Virus record (IMG/VR): IMGVR_UViG_3300012933_000144 | Span: 1 to 40,646 of that record | Source of the DNA: a virus | Taxonomy: Duplodnaviria > Caudoviricetes | Reading direction: 5' to 3' (one strand) | Length of the DNA stretch: 40,646 nucleotides | Shown here: positions 34,539 through 40,646 of the stretch, one piece after another | How positions within the stretch are numbered: position 1 is the stretch's first letter | Layout of the letters: each line of letters begins with the position of its first letter | Notes under the pieces: model-generated | What the model saw: only the letters and a program-made list of their open reading frames with translations | The model's database searches: none | What the model was told of the DNA's origin: nothing | Program-made: the position numbers and the translations under genes

Positions 34539-35516
34539 ATGGCTGCCGTAACCAACACCTATACCCGATTCGACGCTAAAGGCGTTCGCGAAGATCTCAG
34601 CAATGTGATCTATCAAATCTCTCCTGAAGAGACTCCATTCATGTCCAACGTGGGCCGTGAGAACGTCAAGAACACTTATTTCGAGTGGCAAACTGACGAA
34701 CTCGCTGCTGCCGTTACAACCAACGCGCAAATCGAAGGCGACGACATCACCAGCTTCACCGCTGCTACACCTACAGTTCGTTTGGGCAACTACACCCAGA
34801 TCAGCCGTAAAGACGTGATCATCTCTGGCACTTTGGAGTCTGTTGACAAAGCAGGTCGCCGCAGTGAACTTTCTTACCAAATGGCTAAGAAATCTGCTGA
34901 ACTTAAGCGTGACATGGAAGCTACAATCTTGGCTAACCAAGCAGCTTCTGCTGGCTCTACCTCTGCCGCTCGTGCTTCTGGCGCATTGTTGGCATTCTTG
35001 AAGAGCAACACCAACAAAGGTACTGGCGGTGGCGATCCCACATACACCACCACTCCTACTGCTGGTCGTACAGACGCTACTGCTGGTGACTTGCGTTCGT
35101 TCAGCGAGACATTGTTGAAAGACGTGATCCAGCAAGTGTGGACAGAAGGCGGCAACGCTTCTATGGTCATGGCTGGTCCAGTTAACAAGCAAAACCTGTC
35201 GAAAATGGCTGGTATCGCATCTCAGCGTTTCAACGCTACTGGTGCAAAGCCTTCCACCATCATCGGTGCTGCTGACATCTACGTGAGCGACTTCGGTAAC
35301 GTGACTATCGTTCCTAACCGCTTCCAACGTGAGCGTGACGTGTTCGTGATCGACCCACAATACGCATCTGTTGCCTACCTGCGTCCATTCCAAACCGTGG
35401 AATTGGCTAAGACTGGTGACGCAGAGAAGCGTATGCTGTTGGTTGAGTGGGGCCTGAAGGTCAACACTGAGAAAGCCCACGGCGTGGTTGCTGACTTGAA
35501 CAGCGTCTTGCAGTAA
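34539..35516 (+). CDS. Major capsid protein (DUF5309/SU10-like)
   Basis: REDLSNVIYQISPEETPF, FEWQTDEL, NYTQI, ELAKTGDAEK; strong codon bias; followed by a terminator. Confidence 0.9.
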   Translation: MAAVTNTYTRFDAKGVREDLSNVIYQISPEETPFMSNVGRENVKNTYFEWQTDELAAAVTTNAQIEGDDITSFTAATPTVRLGNYTQISRKDVIISGTLESVDKAGRRSELSYQMAKKSAELKRDMEATILANQAASAGSTSAARASGALLAFLKSNTNKGTGGGDPTYTTTPTAGRTDATAGDLRSFSETLLKDVIQQVWTEGGNASMVMAGPVNKQNLSKMAGIASQRFNATGAKPSTIIGAADIYVSDFGNVTIVPNRFQRERDVFVIDPQYASVAYLRPFQTVELAKTGDAEKRMLLVEWGLKVNTEKAHGVVADLNSVLQ

Positions 35517-35524
35517 TGCGAACT

Positions 35525-35556
35525 AAGGGGAGAGGGGAAACCTTCTCTCCTTTTTT
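35525..35556 (+). terminator. Rho-independent terminator after the major capsid gene
   Basis: GGGGAGAGGG-GAAA-CCTTCTCTCC-T6. Confidence 0.85.
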
Positions 35557-35566
35557 AAGTTAATTT

Positions 35567-35881
35567 ATGGACAAAAGACTCTTTGATTACGACCCGATTA
35601 CGGGAACCAAGAAGATTTGGCATTATGATGCTGCCAAGGATGAAGCAATCATTGAAAACGTGATTGATGCATCTGGTATCGTTGAAGACAATAAAGCACG
35701 ATTCAACCAGTTTGATGAGCGCGCTAATTGGAACGGCGATATGCACCATGTGGCTTCCATTCCGATGGAAATCTATTATCAATTGAAGGCTGAAGGCAAG
35801 TTGGATGATCAAGCGTACATGAAACGCTGGTTAAACGATGCGAACAATCGCGCTTTCCGCACTCGTCCAGGAAATGTTTAA
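35567..35881 (+). CDS. Hypothetical head-module protein
   Basis: HHVASIPM...KRWLND..NRAFRT. Confidence 0.7.
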   Translation: MDKRLFDYDPITGTKKIWHYDAAKDEAIIENVIDASGIVEDNKARFNQFDERANWNGDMHHVASIPMEIYYQLKAEGKLDDQAYMKRWLNDANNRAFRTRPGNV

Positions 35882-36543
35882 TGTCAAATGTTATTGGTTT
35901 GTTAATTCCCACTCGGGACTTTGTTAATTCAGGTTTTGCTTACGATCTGGCCCGACTTGTCGGTTTCCACGTTGGCACAACAAAGGACAAGATTGTTCTC
36001 TATACAAGCTCAGGCACTTTGCTCTCTGCACAGCGCCAAGACTTGGCTAGAGGGGCTATTGAGGCGGGTTGTACCCATACTCTTTGGCTTGATAGTGATA
36101 TGCGTTTTCCAAAGGATGTGTTGAAACGTCTTTTGGCACACGATCAAGGTATTGTTTGCGCGAACTATGCAAAACGTCGATTCCCAACGGAGCCGATTGC
36201 AGTCCGTAAGAACACACCAGATGAAGAGGCGACAGAGATCAAGCGCGTCTACACCGAAGCAGACTCAACAGGTCTGGTAGAGGTCGATTACTGCGGTATG
36301 GGTGTCATGCTGGTAAAGCGTGAAGTCTATGAAGGAATGGAACTCCCTTGGTTTGCTATTCCTTGGGTTCCGTCAGTAAAAGACTACATTGGTGAAGATG
36401 TTTGGTTCTGCCGTCGAGCGTTGGAAAATGGTTATCCAACATACGTTGACCAAGATGTATCTAAAGAAGTGATGCACATTGGTTCTTTTGAATACAAACA
36501 TGAACATGCCAACGCATGTAGGGATGTAGAGAATGGCGATTGA
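35881..36543 (+). CDS. Glycosyltransferase family 2-like (GT-A fold) protein
   Basis: IGLLIPT, THTLWLDSDMRFP (DxD), CGMGVMLVKREVY, GEDVWFC, HIG. Confidence 0.8.
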   Translation: MSNVIGLLIPTRDFVNSGFAYDLARLVGFHVGTTKDKIVLYTSSGTLLSAQRQDLARGAIEAGCTHTLWLDSDMRFPKDVLKRLLAHDQGIVCANYAKRRFPTEPIAVRKNTPDEEATEIKRVYTEADSTGLVEVDYCGMGVMLVKREVYEGMELPWFAIPWVPSVKDYIGEDVWFCRRALENGYPTYVDQDVSKEVMHIGSFEYKHEHANACRDVENGD

Positions 36544-37153
36544 TTCGTATTCCACACTGAAGTCTGGCATTGCTGACTTCTTAAACAGGAGTGACCTGAC
36601 TTCGGTCATTCCTACGTTTATCTCTCTGTCTGAGGCTAAATTCAACCGAGTTTTGCGTACACGTCAGATGATTAAACGTGCAACTGCAACGATTGATACT
36701 CAGTACTTTGCCATGCCATCAGACTTTTTGGAAGCAAAGAAGCTGGTGCTGAACACAAACCCACTGACTACTGTTGGCTTTGCCACTGCTGAATACTTGG
36801 ACACTCAGCGTTCAAGTGTTTACATTGCAAACGGCAAGCCAGCATTGTTTGGTGTTGTTGGAACTCAGTTTGAAGTAGTGCCAGCGCCTGATGCAAATTA
36901 CACAGGTGAGTTGACCTACTATGCTAAGATTGATCCATTAAGTGATTCAACAACAAGCAACTGGCTTCTTTCATACGCACCAGACTTGTACTTGTACGGC
37001 GCATTGATTCAAGCCGCACCGTACTTGCGTGATGATGAGCGTATCGCCACATGGGGTCAGTTCTATACTGCCGCTATGGACGATATTGTTGTTGCAGATC
37101 AAAGGGCTTCTGTGGCAACTACACCAGTTGTTCGCGCCCGTTCTTTAGGATAA
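36533..37153 (+). CDS. Head-tail adaptor protein
   Basis: YSTLKSGIADFLNRSDL..IPTFISLSEA, NWLLSYAPDLYLYGAL. Confidence 0.75.
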   Translation: MAIDSYSTLKSGIADFLNRSDLTSVIPTFISLSEAKFNRVLRTRQMIKRATATIDTQYFAMPSDFLEAKKLVLNTNPLTTVGFATAEYLDTQRSSVYIANGKPALFGVVGTQFEVVPAPDANYTGELTYYAKIDPLSDSTTSNWLLSYAPDLYLYGALIQAAPYLRDDERIATWGQFYTAAMDDIVVADQRASVATTPVVRARSLG

Positions 37154-37156
37154 AAA

Positions 37157-37555
37157 ATGTCATCCTTTACCGACTACACAGAAAACCTCGTATTAACTTG
37201 GCTGTTTACAGGTAGCTCTGCTACTCGTCCAACTGCTTGGTACGTTGGTTTGTTCACAGCATCCCCATCAGATACTGGTGGCGGCACTGAAGTAACTGGC
37301 AATGCTTATGCACGTACTGCAACAGGCACTATGAGCATTTCTGGCACTTCCCCTACCAACTGCACCAACTCTGCTGCAATTGAGTTTGCTGCTGCTTCTG
37401 GTGGCAATTGGGGGACTATTACTCACGTTGCAATCTTTGATGCTTCCACATCAGGAAATATGCTCGGTTGGGCAGCTTTGACTACCAGCCGAACCATCAA
37501 TGATGGCGACATCTTGCGTATCCCTGCTGGCGATCTCGACATCACACTGACCTAA
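37157..37555 (+). CDS. Tail structural protein
   Basis: YVGLFTASPSDTGGGTEV...NWGTITHVAIFDASTSGNML. Confidence 0.7.
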   Translation: MSSFTDYTENLVLTWLFTGSSATRPTAWYVGLFTASPSDTGGGTEVTGNAYARTATGTMSISGTSPTNCTNSAAIEFAAASGGNWGTITHVAIFDASTSGNMLGWAALTTSRTINDGDILRIPAGDLDITLT

Positions 37556-37568
37556 AAGGGGATTCCGA

Positions 37569-38027
37569 ATGTCTTTTGTTCTTAAAGACAGGGTTAAGGA
37601 AACTTCTACCACGACTGGTACTGGTACTTTCACCCTTGCAGGTGCATCGACTGGTTTCCAGTCGTTTTCCGTTATTGGTAACGGCAACACCACGTTTTAC
37701 ACAATTGTTGATTCTGCGGCTGGAACGTGGGAAGTAGGCATTGGTACATACACATCATCTGGCACTACTCTTTCACGTGACACAGTTCTTGAATCTAGCA
37801 ACTCTGGTTCATTGGTTAACTTTGGCTCTGGCAGCAAAGATGTGTTCGTCACATATCCTGCTGAACGTGCAGTCATTGGCGGTAAGGGTTTGATTGAGAA
37901 CTCTGCGACCATCACAGAAGATGTGACCATCACAACTGGAAACAATGCAATCTCTGCTGGTCCAGTGACAATTTCATCTGGCATCACAGTAACAGTGCCT
38001 AGCGGCTCAGTATGGACGGTGGTTTGA
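37569..38027 (+). CDS. Tail structural protein
   Basis: DRVKETSTTTGTGTFTL...WEVGIGTY; C-terminal SAGPVTISSGITVTVPSGSVWTVV. Confidence 0.7.
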   Translation: MSFVLKDRVKETSTTTGTGTFTLAGASTGFQSFSVIGNGNTTFYTIVDSAAGTWEVGIGTYTSSGTTLSRDTVLESSNSGSLVNFGSGSKDVFVTYPAERAVIGGKGLIENSATITEDVTITTGNNAISAGPVTISSGITVTVPSGSVWTVV

Positions 38028-38028
38028 T

Positions 38029-38544
38029 ATGACAATGACTCTCAATGGTTCAGGAGCTATTACTGGCTTGTCTGCTGGTGGTTTGCCTGACGCTACTGTT
38101 CAACAGGCTGATTTAGCTGCTGGTGTGGCTGGTACTGGTCCTGCGTTTAGTGCTTATGCAAGTTCAAACCAATCCGTTTCTTCGGCAACATCTACAAAAG
38201 TCATCTTTGATGTAGAGACATTTGACACCAACAGTAATTTTGCATCTAACCGCTTCACTCCAACTGTTGCTGGTTACTATCAATTTACAGCTGGCGTTAG
38301 CTCTTTAACGGCTAGTACTACAAGCCCTTGGTTTTTGTTTCTTTCTAAAAATGGTTCGCAAACTCAAGTTAGTGGGTATTCGTATCCGCTAGTAACTGGT
38401 GTATTTCAAATTTCTGGTCTTTTGTATTTAAACGGCTCAACGGACTATGCTGAAATATATGTTTATCAGGGTGGTATGGCGCAAACAATTTTTGGCCGTA
38501 GTGATCAAACATATTTCCAAGGTTTCTTGGCAAGGGCGGCATGA
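38029..38544 (+). CDS. Tail fibre subunit with C1q-like domain
   Basis: PAFSAY...FD.ETFDT..F..NRFTPTVAGYYQF...YLNGSTDYAEIY...FQGFL. Confidence 0.7.
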   Translation: MTMTLNGSGAITGLSAGGLPDATVQQADLAAGVAGTGPAFSAYASSNQSVSSATSTKVIFDVETFDTNSNFASNRFTPTVAGYYQFTAGVSSLTASTTSPWFLFLSKNGSQTQVSGYSYPLVTGVFQISGLLYLNGSTDYAEIYVYQGGMAQTIFGRSDQTYFQGFLARAA

Positions 38545-38711
38545 TGACACTCTACGAAAAAATCAAAGCAATCTACCCTGAACTGCAAGACGCAGATTTC
38601 GTGGACACCATTCGCTTGCAAAACGACAGCGATGGCAACGGTGACTACATTGCTAAGTGGGAACACCCAACATTGGCACGACCAACAGAGGAGCAATTAA
38701 ATGCCAGCTAA
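38541..38711 (+). CDS. XkdW-like small tail protein (56 aa)
   Basis: LYEKIKAIYPEL...LQNDSDGNGDYIAKWEHPTLARPTEEQL; ATGA coupling. Confidence 0.7.
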   Translation: MMTLYEKIKAIYPELQDADFVDTIRLQNDSDGNGDYIAKWEHPTLARPTEEQLNAS

Positions 38712-39732
38712 ATTAATGTCAGCAGCAGGTGGTGGCATCACATTAGGTGCTGCTTCCACTGCAACTGATAAGACAATTACTGTTCCTGCTGATAACGGGA
38801 CTATGGCTTTGACTAGCCAGATCAATGGCTTTCGTAGTCGAATCATCAATGGTTTGATGACAATCAACCAGCGAGTCCTTACTGGCCCAACAAGCGGATA
38901 TTTTGTTGACCGTTGGCAAGTTGGTGGTGTTTCAGCTACTTCACTTCAAACAAGTGGATTGCCAACTGGTTTTGCTCAAGCTGTAAGCATCAACCGAACT
39001 GTTGCTGGCACTGCTTATATCTCTCAAAACATTGAAAGCAAAAACGTAACAGACTTAAATGGTCAAGTTGTTACGGTGAGTTTTTACGCAAAAAACGTAA
39101 GCGGCGTTGGCAGCATTACGGTCAACCTTGCATACGCAAACGCAAGTGATAACTTCAGCGGCGTTACATCCATCCAGACAATTACTGCTTCTGCCTCACC
39201 ATCTAGTTCATGGACATACTACATGGCGACATTTAGCGCCTTGCCATCAAGCGTTGCAAACGGACTTCAGTTAAACATCAGCGCAGTTATTGCTGCAAGC
39301 GGAACTTTGGAAATCACTGGTGTCCAGCTAGAAAAAGGCTCAGTTGCAACTGGCTTTGATTACAGACCTTACGGTACTGAGTTGGCTTTGTGTCAGCGGT
39401 ATTACTATCGAATAGTGTCTTCTGGCTCAAATGCAAACATTCTTGGAACTGGGTTGAATGACGCAACAACAACTGCACAAATTCAATTTTCTTTTCCTGT
39501 CACGATGCGGACATCTCCAACATCCATTGAGCAATCAGGAACTGCTACCAATTACGCACTTCGTCATGGTGGTGGAGCCACAGTTTGTAGTTCTGTTCCA
39601 GTTTTTGTTGATGCTGGACAATATACAGCTACTGTATTGTTCACAGTTGCAAGCGGCCTAACTACTGGCGGTGCAGCACTTGGTAGGGCAGCAACTGCTG
39701 GCGCTTACATTGGCTTTCCTGCGGAGTTATAA
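38701..39732 (+). CDS. Tail fibre/receptor-binding protein A (CBM-like domain)
   Basis: FRSRIINGLMTINQR, VDRW, ITGVQLEKG.VATGFDYRPYGTELALCQRYYY, FPVTMRTSPT. Confidence 0.8.
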   Translation: MPAKLMSAAGGGITLGAASTATDKTITVPADNGTMALTSQINGFRSRIINGLMTINQRVLTGPTSGYFVDRWQVGGVSATSLQTSGLPTGFAQAVSINRTVAGTAYISQNIESKNVTDLNGQVVTVSFYAKNVSGVGSITVNLAYANASDNFSGVTSIQTITASASPSSSWTYYMATFSALPSSVANGLQLNISAVIAASGTLEITGVQLEKGSVATGFDYRPYGTELALCQRYYYRIVSSGSNANILGTGLNDATTTAQIQFSFPVTMRTSPTSIEQSGTATNYALRHGGGATVCSSVPVFVDAGQYTATVLFTVASGLTTGGAALGRAATAGAYIGFPAEL

Positions 39733-39734
39733 AC

Positions 39735-39896
39735 ATGACATATAAAGAACTTTTTAAAACAGACGCTGGCGTACAAATTCTTGCACTGATTGATGTTGAT
39801 GGTGTATCTCGTTCATCCTGCACAGAGCAAGACACGGCCTATCTAAAATGGCTTGCTGAAGGAAACACGCCTGAACCAGCCGAGGAGCAACAATAA
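39735..39896 (+). CDS. Small tail-fibre assembly/chaperone-like protein (53 aa)
   Basis: ...CTEQDTAYLKWLAEGNTPEPAEE; paralog of 424..579. Confidence 0.7.
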   Translation: MTYKELFKTDAGVQILALIDVDGVSRSSCTEQDTAYLKWLAEGNTPEPAEEQQ

Positions 39897-40646
39897 TGAG
39901 CGTTCAATATAGTGGTGACAAGATTACCTTTGCTGATGGAAGCATCGTAGGCAGCGGCTGGAGTGGCTTCAAGAACCGCATCATCAATGGGGCGATGGTG
40001 ATTGACCAGCGTAATGCGGGGGCTAGTGTTACACCTACAAACGCACAATACACGCTAGACCGTTGGCTCGGTTTTCTGAGTCAATCAGGAAAGTTCACGA
40101 TGCGTCAAACGCCAAGCGCAACTGAGACAGGGTATACAACACGGGTAGCTGCTGGTTTTCAAAACTATCTTGCTTGCACTTCGTCATCTGCATATTCAGT
40201 TCTTTCTACCGACACGTTTGGTTTTGCCCAGTATATTGAAGCAAACAATGTAAGCGACCTTGCATGGGGAACTACAGACGCTAAAACTGTTACGATTAGT
40301 TTTTGGGCGTACTCATCCCTTACTGGAACTTTTGGTGGAGCAGTATCCAACGCTGGTGTCACTCGCTCGTACCCGTTTAGTTTTACTATCAGCACTGCGA
40401 ATACATGGGAGTACAAAACGGTCACTGTTGCTGGTGATACGTCAGGCTCGTGGAATACAAGTGGCACAGGGATTGGATTGAGAGTTTGGTTTAGTATTGG
40501 TTCAGGTTCTACTTACAGCGGAACAGCTGGAACGTGGGCTGGCGCAGATTACCGTTCAGCCACTGGCGCAACCAGCGTAGTCGGCACATCTGGAGCCACC
40601 TTCTACATCACAGGCGTTCAACTAGAAAAAGGCAGCACAGCCACAT
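39896..40646 (+). CDS. N-terminal part of tail fibre/receptor-binding protein B (continues at position 1)
   Basis: TAATG coupling; MSVQYSGDKITFADGS...GFKNRIINGAMVIDQRN...LDRW; open to the end of the window. Confidence 0.8.
   Translation, partial: MSVQYSGDKITFADGSIVGSGWSGFKNRIINGAMVIDQRNAGASVTPTNAQYTLDRWLGFLSQSGKFTMRQTPSATETGYTTRVAAGFQNYLACTSSSAYSVLSTDTFGFAQYIEANNVSDLAWGTTDAKTVTISFWAYSSLTGTFGGAVSNAGVTRSYPFSFTISTANTWEYKTVTVAGDTSGSWNTSGTGIGLRVWFSIGSGSTYSGTAGTWAGADYRSATGATSVVGTSGATFYITGVQLEKGSTAT
40606..40646. repeat. Terminal 41-bp direct repeat (copy 2)
   Basis: Identical to 1-41. Confidence 0.95.

Noticed and set aside
34428-35480. 350-aa minus-strand ORF
   Set aside because: Antisense shadow of the strongly codon-biased capsid gene; no recognisable motifs.
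38701-40646. Diversity-generating retroelement acting on tail fibres
   Set aside because: No reverse transcriptase was recognised, and differences between the paralogous blocks are not adenine-specific.

Overview
The window is a complete, circularly assembled tailed-phage genome of about 40.6 kb. Bases 1-41 equal bases 40606-40646, and a tail-fibre ORF reads through the join. The architecture is podovirus-like, and a Gram-negative, probably betaproteobacterial, host is inferred. Modules: (i) packaging, head, tail, ejection and lysis genes on + (28110-40646 then 1-11772: terS, terL, portal, scaffold, major capsid, a GT2-like glycosyltransferase, adaptor, paired tail-fibre/chaperone modules, P22-gp10-like nozzle, ejection proteins including an SLT, spanins, GH19 endolysin); (ii) a leftward recombination operon (ERF, YqaJ exonuclease, SSB-like); (iii) a rightward replication/nin-like operon rich in GIY-YIG/HNH nucleases; (iv) a ~3 kb leftward cassette at ~24690-27720 with a very different oligonucleotide make-up. 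By hand count that cassette is almost free of GATC/AGCT/GCTG/GAGG and carries ~23 CCWWGG. It is bracketed by four palindromic GT(G/T)AGC(G/A)CTTAC sites resembling host SlmA nucleoid-occlusion binding sites, and it encodes small proteins plus a Cys-rich gp88/radical-SAM-like protein. It is the best candidate for an undescribed system: a first-injected, restriction-evading region that may also recruit a host division inhibitor. Four intergenic structured-RNA candidates are visible, three of them with possible pseudoknot or kissing-loop pairings. No integrase, repressor, DNA polymerase, helicase, tRNA or CRISPR array was recognised. Family assignments are from motif recognition only; no database searches were run.
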